From Vicugna vicugna (Eukaryota), in assembly GCA_013265495.1 (NCBI GenBank), contig MU058221.1, forward strand, positions 3,660,001 through 3,724,000: DNA of 64,000 nucleotides, given 5' to 3'. Positions 52,899 to 64,000 of this stretch are shown here, piece after piece. The notes under the pieces were generated by a model, which was given only the letters and a program-made list of their open reading frames with translations, was not told where the DNA came from and did no database searches. Numbering within the stretch: position 1 is the first letter of the stretch; every line of letters starts with the position of its first letter. The translations under genes and the position numbers were made by a program.

Positions 52899-53626
52899 TT
52901 TTTAACATTTTTTATTGATTTATAATCATTTTACAATGTTGTGTTAAATTCCAGTGTTCAGCACAATTTTTCAGTCATTCATGGACATATACACACTCAC
53001 TGTCACATTTTTTTCTCTGTGAGCTACCATAAGATCTTGTGTATATTTCCCTGTGCTATACAGTATAATCTTGTTTATCTACTCTACAATTTTGAAATCC
53101 CGTCTATCCCTTCCCACCCTCCGCCCCCCTGACAACCACAAGTCTGTATTCTTTGTCTATGAATCTATTTCTGTCCTGCATTTATGCTTTGTTTTTTTTT
53201 GTTGTTGTTGTTTGTTTGTTTTTGTTTTTGTTTTTTAGATTCCACATATTAGCAAGCTCATATGGTATTTTTCTTTCTCTTTCTGGCTTACTTCACTTAG
53301 AATGACATTCTCCAGGAGCATCCATGTTGCTGCAAATGGCGTTATGTTGTCAGTTTTTATGGCTGAGTAGTATTCCATTGTATAAATATACCACATCTTC
53401 TTTATCCAGTCACCTGTTGATGGACATTTAGGCTGTTTGCATGTTTTGGCTATTGTAAATAGTGCTGCTATGAACATTGGGGTGCAGGTGCCATCCTGAA
53501 GATCCTGAAGTACCTTCTGGATACAAGCCCAGGAGTGGGATTCCTGGGTCATATTCCTAGTCTTTTGAGGAATCTCCACACTGTTTTCCATAGTGGCTGC
53601 ACCAAACTGCATTCCCACCGGTAGTG
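52899..53626 (-). mobile_element. L1 3' end (~730 bp) with ORF2 C-terminus, inserted into a MIR
   Basis: CTPMFIAALFTIAKTCKQPKCPS..WIKKMWYIYTMEYYSAIK..ILSEVSQKEK is the canonical L1 ORF2 C-terminus; probable TSD ta(g/a)ttctt. Confidence 0.95.
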
Positions 53627-54125
53627 TAATTCTTGTTCTGTGTCGAGCACTATGTTAAGTTATCTCGATGCATTAACTTTTTTTGGAAGAACTTCATGAA
53701 GGAAGAGTTATCCCAGGGATTAGAAAGGGTACATGACCTGCTCCAGGTGACTCAACTTGTAAATTAACAAGTTTGAATTTGAATCAAAATCTATCTGATT
53801 GTAAAGTCCAAGTTCTGTACTGTTGTCCCTCTAAACCAATGTTTTTGTATATAAAGTTGAAATTATAACTTACAGGATTTTTGTGATGACAATATGGTAA
53901 AGCCACACAGGCATTAATAAATGTTTATTTCCTTGTTATTCAGTCACATTTGCATTACATGGTGGCTACTGGCTCTTTAAATAAATGTCTGTATGTCGCA
54001 AATCTAAGCTCAAACTTTAAAGACTTGAAAAATCTAAAAGCAGAAATAGAATAAGCTGACTCTGATCAAACTAATTTTTAACAAATTGTTAATAAAATTG
54101 TTTATTTTAAAAGTAACTGGCTGTA

Positions 54126-54213
54126 GAGGGAGGGAAATTGCTCAGTGTTAAGAGTGCATGCTTAGAATGGACAAGGTCCCAGGTTCAATCCCCAGTACCT
54201 CCATTTAAAAATG
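54126..54213 (+). mobile_element. tRNA-derived SINE (Vic-1-like)
   Basis: gggaggg..tgctcagtg (A box)..ggttcaatcccc (B box)..agtacctccatttaaaaa; degenerate TSD gtaactggctgta/gtaactagttgta. Confidence 0.9.
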
Positions 54214-55266
54214 GTAACTAGTTGTAAGAGAAAATTTAGAATTTGACTTTAAATATATACATGTATTTATATTTATAAATATATATATATATATGTATAG
54301 TAAAGAATACAGATATGGTGAAGAAAGTTGTTGTAGGTAAAGAAGATGTAAATCTTCCTGTTTTATAAACCTAATTACCATTTTTTATAAATGAACAGAT
54401 TTGAGACCCTTTTATGTATTTTATGTATTTACTTTTTAAAACCCACACACGGACACACACAGAGCTTTGTACATTTGAAATTTTGTTAAAAGAGGAATTG
54501 ATCTTTGCCACTGAGGCACTCTAGGGTAATTTTTCAGTAATGAATTTTATGTTTATAAAAATGTATATATGAATGGAGACTATATTCGGTCCTATCTCTG
54601 AAAATAACTGTTTCTATTTCATTAACGTAGATGAATTCCGTAAAACCCTATTGCACCCATCCCACTCAAACACGTCCCTCTCAGAAAGTATGTTCTCCCC
54701 AGCTTCAAAGATCTCTTATCTATGCTACTTCGATGGAAGTTCTTTTTACCTTCAAGTCCATGCATAAATTCTGTTTGAAACAAATTAATAGGACAGATTC
54801 AACTACCCTTTGGTTCACTAGATGATTAAATATGTAAATAACCTTTTCCTCTCTAACTAGCATTCAGCTAAGAAGCATCTTTCTCCTCCGCAGACCCAAC
54901 CAGGCATCAGCACGTTATTTGCTGTTGCCATCCAGAGTCCCTTTACCTGATACTCACTTTCATATTGGATCTCTGGGTCTGTGGACTGTAACTGCAAAAC
55001 AGTTCTGAGTGTTGCAAGTCTATTGTTGTGCACACCAAGCCGTGCTCCCGGGATCAAGTCTTCTAAGAAGAAAAGCTGCATTTCTTCTGGGCATCTGGTC
55101 CGGTTTGGATTATAAGTGCTGAGAATCCCTTAAGTGTCTTCCTTCTCCCTTTGGTTTCTAAGATATTTGGAACCTAATATCTTGGGTTTATATCATATCT
55201 TGTTTATATCAGGGGTACAGAATGAGCAAAGAAGTATGCAATCTATCTGAGGAAAATGCCATTTCT

Positions 55267-55508
55267 TTTTTTTTTTATCTTTTTTATTGATTTATAATCA
55301 TTTTACAATGTTGTGTCAAATTCCAGTGTAGAGCACAATTTTTCAGTTATACATGAACATATATATATATTCATTGTCACATTTTTTCTCTATGTGCTAC
55401 CATAAGATCTTGTGTATATTTCCCTGTGCTATACAGTATAATCTTGTTTATCTATTCTACAATTTTGAAATCCCATGTATCCCTTCCCACCCTCCGCCCC
55501 CTTGGCAA
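55267..55508 (-). mobile_element. Young 5'-truncated L1 3' end
   Basis: Exact TSD ccatttct at 55259-55266 and 55509-55516. Confidence 0.92.
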
Positions 55509-55519
55509 CCATTTCTAAT

Positions 55520-55820
55520 TGAAAATAACCTAGGACACTGGAAGATCTTCACTGCCTATCTAAGGAGTACGGACTTGATTCTTTAGGTGATAGGAGTCAC
55601 TAGAGGATGTAAAAGAAGTGATGTGATCACATACCTGGGAGGGAGTTAGCTCTGGTGGCCATGTGACAGCTAGTTTCCAGTGGGTTAAGACTGAAGGCAG
55701 GAACTTGGCAAATTGTTGTACGGATAGCAGATAAATATGAGAAATACTGATCCAGGACTTTCTAAGATAGAAAGCTTTTAGGCGCGATCCTGTGGCTGAG
55801 GGTTAGATGAGATGAGGGTT
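55520..55820 (-). mobile_element. L2 fragment
   Basis: taaggagtacggacttgattct..ggagtcactagagg..gtgatgtgatca..ctctggtggc. Confidence 0.6.
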
Positions 55821-56049
55821 AGATTACTGTGCTGCCCCTGCTGTAATCACAGATCAGAGAATTGTGTGTGTCCATGTGCATGCGTGTGTGCATGTGTGTG
55901 TGTGTCTGTTTTACGGGTGAAATAGAAAAGCACATAATATTAAAAATGCTTTTCGAAATTTCAGATGCATTTTGGAGAGGACGGAATTGTTGGTGAAGCA
56001 TTTGGTGATGGTTTTCAAATAAGGCAGCTAACAACTATGTTGTGATTAC

Positions 56050-56660
56050 TATTAAAGTGGAAGCCCCAGACAGGGAGCCATTAGAGTAAGTGACTCCGCG
56101 GGGTGGGGAGAATTTGATGGGGTGCACTGGTCCTTGTGCAATCAAACTATGAGAAAGTGAAAACTGCCAACAGTCATGGGTACAGCCTGTGTCCTGCCCT
56201 CTGATCGGTCGGGCAGAGCACTTACAAGTAGGCTGGGCGAGGGAAGTGAGCTTTCAGTTTGATTTTCCGCTCGCTTTTCAGCAAGACCTAAGTTGCTGCG
56301 TTGACACGGTTATTTGTTTATTTCAACTGCACAAGGCACAGAAGGGTTCCCTGTGGCAGTCAGAAAACGCAGGGCTTTCTTCACTGCCTGACACCAGCCA
56401 TGCGCACCGTTTCACAGCCGAATGCTACTATAGGATATTAAGCTGTCACCCAAACCAGAGAGCAAGCAGCAATGAAAATTACTACATGATTTACAGTTTG
56501 GTTTAATGTTCAGGGCAGAGTCTGCGGTCTGTACTGGGTGACATTCCAGGCCTGAGGACTCTAATCCAATTCCAGGCATCGTGCAGACGCACTGCAGCTC
56601 TCCTTGTTCGTTTGGGGATGCACATTATTACATGATTGTTTGGGCTTTTTGATATTATTT
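56050..56660. promoter_or_regulatory. Candidate conserved non-coding element/enhancer
   Basis: Repeat-free, CpG-retaining; TGATTTAC (PBX-HOX), CTGTCA (MEIS), TGTTTATTT (FOX). Confidence 0.4.
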
Positions 56661-57506
56661 ATTATTTCCCGAAGGTCATGAGAAAAAAGAAAAGAAGGCC
56701 TCTACTGAGTTAGTTCCAGGAGAACAGTGAATTTTGGTTACGTTATATCCGTGCCGTTGAGCTGAACTTAAAGAACGATATATTAGCATTTATACGGCTT
56801 TCACAGAGCTTACTGGGCAGTACTGCTGATCAAAGGGAATGTAATGTATAGATGGCCTTCATGGAAAAGAACATGGAAAAGAAACTGTTCTTTACTTTTA
56901 ACTTCTTTTTTAAAATCCGTATTTCTAATAATTAAATTGTTGCAAATAGACCACCCCTCAAAACTTTGTACTTAATAAAAGATTTAAGAAAAACAAATTG
57001 GCGGACAAAAATGAATGGTGGGGATGTTAAAATTTAGAAAGATAATCTAATTTCAGAATAAAGCCAAATATAATATATAATATTCAAAGTAAAGCCAGAA
57101 ATAATATATAATATATAATATGTATTTATCACTTTTTAAATCACTGGCTTCACACTACACTAAATAACCTTTATCTATTTTTTTTTTATATTTAGCCACA
57201 TAGCTTACCATACATATACTAAATGCAACAAGAAGAGAGTGGTATTGAAAAGAAGTCGGGGGTTAGCATGCACCCTGTCACCACTTGGGCATGAGATGGT
57301 TAATTCACTGAATCTCTGTAGGGCTCAGTTTTTCCTCCATCTTGGTATTTCATCCAATACTATATATATTTATAAAATATTCATGTATGTATAATATTTA
57401 TAAAACCATTTAAGCAATGCCACATTGATTTCTTGAGTCAAAATCAAATTTATGCTGGTCAAGGAAATATTTCTTTATAAGAGTAATAAATCTTTCAAAA
57501 CATCGT

Positions 57507-58139
57507 TGTAAGAAAAGTCATGCCTCCCTCACCGCTCCAACATGTCCACGTCTTAATCCTCAAAAGCTTTGAATATGTTCCACTACCTGGCAAAAACAAT
57601 TAAGGCTCAAGGTTGATTAAAGGATGTTCATTAATTGACCTTGTAATGAGGAGTTTATTCCAGATTATCTGGGTTGGCGCAATTTAACCACATATGCCCT
57701 TAAAAGCAGAGGGAGCATCCAGGGGAGTGGGTCACAGAGACGTGGCAATGGAAGGAGAGACAGGAGAGATTTGAAGCAAGATAGGAGCTTCACCCATCAT
57801 GACTGGCTTTGAGGATGGAGGAAGGGGGCCATGAGCCAGTGAATGCAGGTGGATTTAGAAGCTGAGAATGGTCCTCAGTTGATGACCAGCAAGGAAACAG
57901 GGATCCCTCTGCCCTATAATCACGAGGAACTGAATTCTAACAGCAACCTGGATAAGCAAAGTCACTGATCCTCTCTTTGACTCTCCCGACAGGAGTGCAG
58001 CCCTGCAAACGCCTTGTTTCAGCCTGGGGAGACCCATGTCAGACTTTTGATTCCTGACTGTGTAATAACACATCTCTGCATGAGTTTTTAACTGTGAAGT
58101 TTGTGCAATTTGTTATAGGTGTGACAGAAAGCTAGTCCA
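57507..58139 (+). mobile_element. MaLR solo LTR (MLT1D/E-like)
   Basis: atgtccacgtcttaatcc..gattatctgggt..cccttaaaagcaga..gctttgaggatggaggaagggggccatgagcca..aatttgttata. Confidence 0.9.
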
Positions 58140-58387
58140 AATATCTCATTCATATACCCTATTTGATGTATAAGAGAGGTGAGACCTACAGAGATTCGGG
58201 AAATGAGCCGTCTCTCGCCCAGGCAGTGACAGGGCGCATCCGAGCCCCTGGACTCCCTCCCGGCAGCGCTCTCTGCTTGCTGCATCCAATTCATTCTCAT
58301 CAAAGCAGGCTGAACACAGTTAGACCACATCAAGCATGTGCATTCTGTGCTTACAGCCCAAGGGTGGCTCCTTTCCTGTCCTAAAAT

Positions 58388-58856
58388 TGTAACGAAGCAG
58401 GATCTGATGGTGCCCTCCTGGGACCAACCCCTCCCCATGTCCTCTGCTGTCGCTCCTCTCTGAGGGACCCAGATTATAGTATCTCGTGCATATTTCCTGA
58501 GTTTTTCAGGTGCTAAAAACAACCAAAGGAAAGAAATTAACTACTTGGTGATCATGAGCACGTGGCTCCCAGACCTTCTGGTGCCTAAGGATTGATAATG
58601 TTGACCACCCTGTTCCCTCAACGTCAGCCAATCAGAGATTGTGCACCAGCTGATCCCATATTCTGGGACGCCCCTCCCTCACCTTGCCTTTTTCTGCTCA
58701 GCTGAAACCCTTTGGGGAATTTGGGGTTTTTTTGGGCATGAGCCACCCATTCTGCTTGCTCTGTCCTGCAATAAACCTTCCTCGGCTCCAGACGCTGACA
58801 CTGCGTTTTGTTTGGCCTCACTGTGCGTTGGGCACGCAAACTTGCATTCAGTAACA
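58388..58856 (+). mobile_element. Complete ERV1-class solo LTR
   Basis: tgtaac...gtaaca termini, 469 bp, exact TSD aaat at 58384-58387 and 58857-58860, agccaatcag CCAAT box, caataaac poly(A) signal. Confidence 0.92.
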
Positions 58857-60904
58857 AAATCTGCATTGTTGTTTGGAGTCTGCCGCTTGTCTGACATCAC
58901 AGGGGATCCAGCTCCCTGGGTGCCTTCCAGCGTCTCTGCTCCACTCCAGGGACACGCCTGCTGCTCGCCCGATGGCAGCTCCTTGTTCTTGCTTGTCCCA
59001 GACTTGAAGACCTCTCCTTCTAAAGGTTTTCCGTATGGCTGGTGAATTCTCATAATTCAGGTGTCTTTAAATATCACTTCAAAAAAATCCCTAGACCCAG
59101 GTTCCGTAAGTCACTGCGTTCACTTCTGGCACTGGAGTCCTCTCAATCTCTGTCTTTGTTCCTCTACTCATTAATTTTCTGCCTCTTCCTCTACATTCTT
59201 CATGGATGTAGCGACTTTGTCTTTTATATTATCACTGGCATTGGTACATAATTGCCTAATAAAAAATTCTAGCATGAAATGCCTATTAAATTATGTCTGC
59301 TACAGTAAAGGTGGTAAAAGCAGTAATGTCTGCCTCCTGGTTCAAGGCTTTTTATCCACTGAATTCTGCCATGAGGACCAGCGACTGGTATTCAGGCCCC
59401 CACGTTAAAATGCCTGTTTTCATCGAAGGAATTTGGTTGTGTCATCCATTGATTTTATATTGATTGAAGGATATAAATGTAAACTTAAAAAATGCCTTTA
59501 CAGAAAGAAACGACCGTCTTTACCGTGGTTCATACATTAGAGACTGGCACAGTTACTTTTGCTTACTTATTTTTTTCCTGCTGTTGGAATGATATGTGGG
59601 AGTAGTAGATGTGAATATAGGATAACTTACTAAAAGTAGAAAATTAGGAACATTAATCTGGCATAGTCCAAAAAATATTCAGTGGATAAATAAATGCTCA
59701 GAGAAGAACTGATTAAACTCTACTACATTTGTTTTAGACCGAAGCAGGCTCAGAGAGAGTCAGCAGGGAGGGCGGGGCGGGGGAGGGGGGCAGGTGTGAC
59801 CTGTAACCACAGGACAGAGCAGCTACAGACACAGGTTATCATAGGATTCACCTTAGGCTGAAATGTCAGTGAATTTCAGTTACTTGAGTAAAAATAAAAT
59901 CAGAGATTACTTGGTTGATTCACACTTGTGCGAACTGATTTGCAAGGAGTGCCTGTGGTGTAGGAAGCTTCTCATTCACCCAGATATCCAAGAGACTGAA
60001 AATAAAATAGAATATCCTTAAAATCATTGTCGGAAAAGCCAGTAGATGATTATCTAACTGCCGTGGACAGAACTGTTACACTCGTAGGGATTATTATAGT
60101 TTAAATTGGAAATTGTTAACCAGTCTTTGGTCTTGTCATTTCAGTTACTGGGATGTAACTTTAACAATAGATTTTTCTCTTCTGAAAAGGAAGTATTTTA
60201 CTGTGTCTTGCTAGTTACATTGTAAAGGAATGTTATATTTTTACCATCTTCTGCTTTAAAAGATTCCTCTCTTTAACAATGTATGTTTATAATTGTATAA
60301 GTCTTTTATTTAGTTTAATATTTCTAATATTGGTAAAACAATTGCATGGATTATTTAGATTTATTTTTATACCATCATTCATTCCGTCATGCAACCTGTT
60401 AACTGAGCCAGAGAAGTAGAAATTAATTAATTCTTTAATTTGCCTTCAAGGAGCTTACGATGAATAGGGAAGTAAAATATATGCCCAAGGGGGGTCCTGG
60501 TCCACCGTTCAAGAAGAGATGTGGTTTCTGCTATCACTCCATGTTCTGTTAAATGTAGAGAATGAATTCAGGATATACTCAGTTTGGATGATCACCTGTA
60601 TTATATGAAAAAGTGTCACAACCCATGAATTTAAACTAGGGAATTTGGGCGTTCTGTATGAGGTGATACTGATCTAAGTGGAGAATGAAAGGGCTGTGGT
60701 CCTGGGAGGAACCGGGGAAGGGTGGTACCTGAAGACTTCAACATGCTCCGTTTCCCTGCCATGTCTGCACCTCCACAGTGGATGAGCTTGTAACATCCAG
60801 GTCTAGTCAGGACACGAGAACTTGCCGCAAATGCCCATTCAACACCAGTGTCTCTTTCTAGGTCTTTTAGTTCATTAATTCAACCCTACGTTCTTTTAGG
60901 CCAC

Positions 60905-61342
60905 TGTGATCGACTGTACTGTTGTCCACTTATATTCACTGGTTCCCCGAGGGAGGTAATACAGCCTGGCTCGATGGAACTCGAGTGGTCATGTGATCGG
61001 CTGGGGGGAAGCACAGATCTATATGGTGTTTTGATGCACAAGGTCTATCTACCCATCATCATCATCAGCCCGCAGAAGTGGGGTGTGTCGGTAGTAATCA
61101 GAAGTCTGACGAACCAGTGTAATGTGTTGTTTTATAAGCTCCTGCTTTTACTTTACAAGGACGATCAGCAATATTACAGACAGAATTTACTTTGTGGCCT
61201 GAATCCCAGCATGAAAATTCAGTTTCAAGAAGAAATATAAATCGTTCTTCTTATAAACTTGTGAGATTCTGGGATTTTTTTTTTTTTTTGCATTATTGTT
61301 ATTTTGATTTCTTTTGGATTACCTAGCCTATACTGACTGATG
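60905..61342 (+). mobile_element. Old MaLR LTR (MLT1H/I-like)
   Basis: tggtcatgtga..ggcctgaatcccag..gaaatataaa..tgagattctggga..acctagcctatactgactgat. Confidence 0.6.
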
Positions 61343-61397
61343 CTGGGTGAAAATTTCCAAAGTTTTGCTCCTTTTTGTTAGGCAAAATGTTCTGACT

Positions 61398-61607
61398 TGT
61401 GCTGTCCAAGATGAAAGCCACTAGCAACCAGAATATGTAAATGTGAAGTGATTCAAGCGACAGAAAATGTATAACTTTTAGTTCCCCAGTTACACTAACT
61501 ATCCTTCAGATACGTAATAGCCATGTACATGGCTGGTGGACGCCACACAAAACCGCGCAGCTGAAGATCATTTCCATCATCTCAGAAAGTTCTAGTGGGA
61601 AGCTCTG
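61398..61607. mobile_element. MER3-like hAT-Charlie DNA transposon
   Basis: gtgctgtccaa..agccactagc..aatagccatgtacatggctggtgg..catttccatcatctcagaaagttcta. Confidence 0.8.
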
Positions 61608-62481
61608 GCGCAGACTGAAAAATTTGGACCTTTTCTACCCTCCCTCATGTTTCCAAAATATATGGATTCATTAATCTCCTTTCTCCAGAGGCAGTTAAAC
61701 CTAATTACGGGAAGAGGTTCAGTTCCCTCAAGCGTCTTAAATATCATGGCTTCTTGTGAGTTTTAATTTTTATCTAAAACCAATTGACATTGTTGCTGGA
61801 TTATTTTATACTTCACTGATGGCCAGAGGCTCTGGACTTCACTAACGCTGTTACACACCGATCAATAGCAATTAACTGCCACCACTTCAACTTGATATTT
61901 GCCTGGTTCCAGAATTAGCAGAATGACACCCTGGGTTTAACTGAGAAAGGCAGTGATTTCTGAAGCTCTGCAAACCAAACTGATGTAGACTTTCAGAAAT
62001 GAGATCCAGACACCCATCCATGGATCCTGGCCAACAGCAAGCCAGCTTGTATTAACGAGGTAGAAAAGAATTGGCAAGCCGGTCAGCACCAACATCTGAT
62101 CATTCCATTCCAGCGTTGCCAGAGGCTGCTGGCTAATGATGACCTTCAGTGATGACCTTGATGATTGAAGGACATACCCTTCTCTAAAGGCTCTTTTCCT
62201 TCCATCTCAGCTTGCCTTTAAAACTCAATTTTCTCCTTCCTCTTCTAAAAAATACTTCACTTTATAAGCATGATTTATTCACTGTTTACCAAATTTTCCT
62301 GTACACTTTGCTTCAGCCAGTAACTGTGAATCTCTTTCTCCCCGTTTACCTACCTTTTAAGATGCAATTCGATCCTCATTTTTCCATGGTTCTTTTCCAG
62401 GTTTTTCAGGCCACTTTAATTACTTTCCTCAGAAACAGACGGCGGTTCCAGGAACTGAACTGTTTTTTTTTCCCCCTGTAT

Positions 62482-62625
62482 ATTTTATTCATTTATTCAA
62501 AACTTATTTTTTAAAGGCCTGCAGAGTACCAGGCACTGATCTAGGCATACAGAAAACATCAATCGACAAATGAATTAGAGATCACTGTCTTTGTGGAGCT
62601 TGCATTTTAGTGGGATTGGAGACGT
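62482..62625 (-). mobile_element. L2 3' end
   Basis: tattcatttattcaa..ccaggcactgatctaggc..gtggagcttgcattttagtggga. Confidence 0.75.
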
Positions 62626-63349
62626 TTCCGCAAATTCACTATAAAATGCACAAACGAAAGGGCACATTGCATCTTTCTAAACCCCCTCCTCCTGCTTCTA
62701 GTCCTTTGTAGTTCCCCAGATCATTGTTTTGAGCCTGATAAGGTATTGATTGATTTAAGAAAAAAACCTTTTTATGTAGCATAAATCTATAGTATACCTC
62801 AATGTGATATTCTACATTTTCAAGCGGTCATTTCTTCCGTCCTTTAATTAGACACAGAGCGTTCTAACTAATCAGGCCCATACAGACTGATAATGGGCAC
62901 ATTGCGGTTTTAAACTGCTCTCTGTCTAAACTGTCTTCCATGTTTCAGAAGAAACAATAAAGAGTCATCAATCAAGTAGAGGAACTAACTTCTCTGGTTT
63001 GCTTTCTTGCTGTTGAAGTCTAAATTGTCCCGTGCTAAAGCATCTAGCTCTCCAAGGAAAAGCAGTAGGAACTTTTTTTAAAAAAAAAAATGGAAAAACT
63101 GTGTTCTACCTCACTGGCTAATGTTTTTACTTGAAGGAAGCTATGCTGACATTTTTCAGAAAGTGTTTACTTGCATTCGTCTTATCACACATGACAGATG
63201 GGTAAACACATCCTCCTGGGGTCTCTAAAACGTGATTCAGATTCATAGTAGACTTAAATGTTACTTGCAAACAAGTTTATAAACTACAGTATATGGGAAA
63301 GCCTTCATTAAATCACAGACGTTTAAAAAATAGCTGTGTGGAGGACAAA

Positions 63350-63351
<2 letters not shown>

Positions 63352-63390
<39 letters not shown>

Positions 63391-63400
63391 ATATATAATT
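63352..63400. repeat. (CA)n(TA)n microsatellite
   Basis: Directly visible. Confidence 0.95.
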
Positions 63401-64000
63401 AAATATTTGCTTTTGTGTGTTCAAAACAGGAGCTTTATAGATTACATAACCACGAAAAGCTTTCCAAATCATTTTACATTTTACATTTACAACCTCCCAT
63501 TGTCTAGCCATTGCCCCAAACCCACCCCAGATTTCCTAGCTGTGCATGAGATATGATTAAAAACATAAAATAGAATGATCATTTCTACTGTGTCTTAAAT
63601 GTAATTGGACCCTGCATTGGACAATGCTGTTTCTAGATGGAAAGTGATTGAGGAAGCCTGGTCACTTTCCAAAAAGCTCCTGGAGATTTCTTCCTTGAGG
63701 AGACTTAGCATTTTTCCCCTTGTGAAAAATATGACTTATGGAGCAAACAGTAGAAGTAGCTAAGTCATTATCAGATTTATATATTTATGTAAATACATGT
63801 GTATTTATATGCAAGCTACTGTTCATGAAAACAGAGAGGTCACATTATGTGAATATTATATGAAATACATATTATATTGATCTCAAGAGTTTACTTACTG
63901 TATCAAGTTCAAGTGTCACCCTTTTGGATATAGTTACTTATTTTTCCCTTTTACTCTTTTGCTTGTAAATAATTTTGAATATTTTAAACTTCTCAATATA

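Noticed and set aside
53235..53618. 127-aa ORF with clear protein similarity
   Set aside because: C-terminus of L1 ORF2 in a 5'-truncated copy with indels; not a host gene
54126..54213. tRNA-like sequences with A/B boxes (also 38420-38542)
   Set aside because: A-rich tail, TSD and multiple copies identify them as SINEs, not tRNA genes
58088..59053. Cluster of 70-144 aa overlapping ORFs
   Set aside because: They overlap GC-richer LTR sequence; no recognisable protein motifs

Overview
AT-rich mammalian non-coding DNA, most likely from a camelid (Camelus/Lama/Vicugna). The assignment rests on three short tRNA-derived SINEs of the Vic-1 type and on several young L1 3' ends of the camelid/cetartiodactyl type, recognised from memory rather than by database search. 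I see no protein-coding gene, spliced coding exon, rRNA, functional tRNA or CRISPR array. The ORFs I could assign come from L1 ORF2 and ERVL gag fossils, possibly a CR1 fossil, or from microsatellites; the rest look like chance ORFs. A large part of the window is interspersed repeat: L1, L2, L3/CR1, MIR, MLT1/MLT2, ERV1-type solo LTRs with target-site duplications, ERVL internal fragments, and MER5/MER3 DNA transposons. Between these lie several repeat-free blocks rich in homeobox motifs (about 18.0-18.6, 37.1-37.6, 56.1-56.7, 24.8-25.0 and 5.6-5.9 kb) that look like conserved non-coding enhancers of a developmental gene desert or a large intron. I found no convincing new biological system. 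The best leads are the candidate enhancers, a very old CR1-like endonuclease fossil, two L1 insertions carrying non-L1 3' sequence, and an L1 strand bias hinting at a + strand transcription unit. Repeat family names and most boundaries are approximate, by eye.
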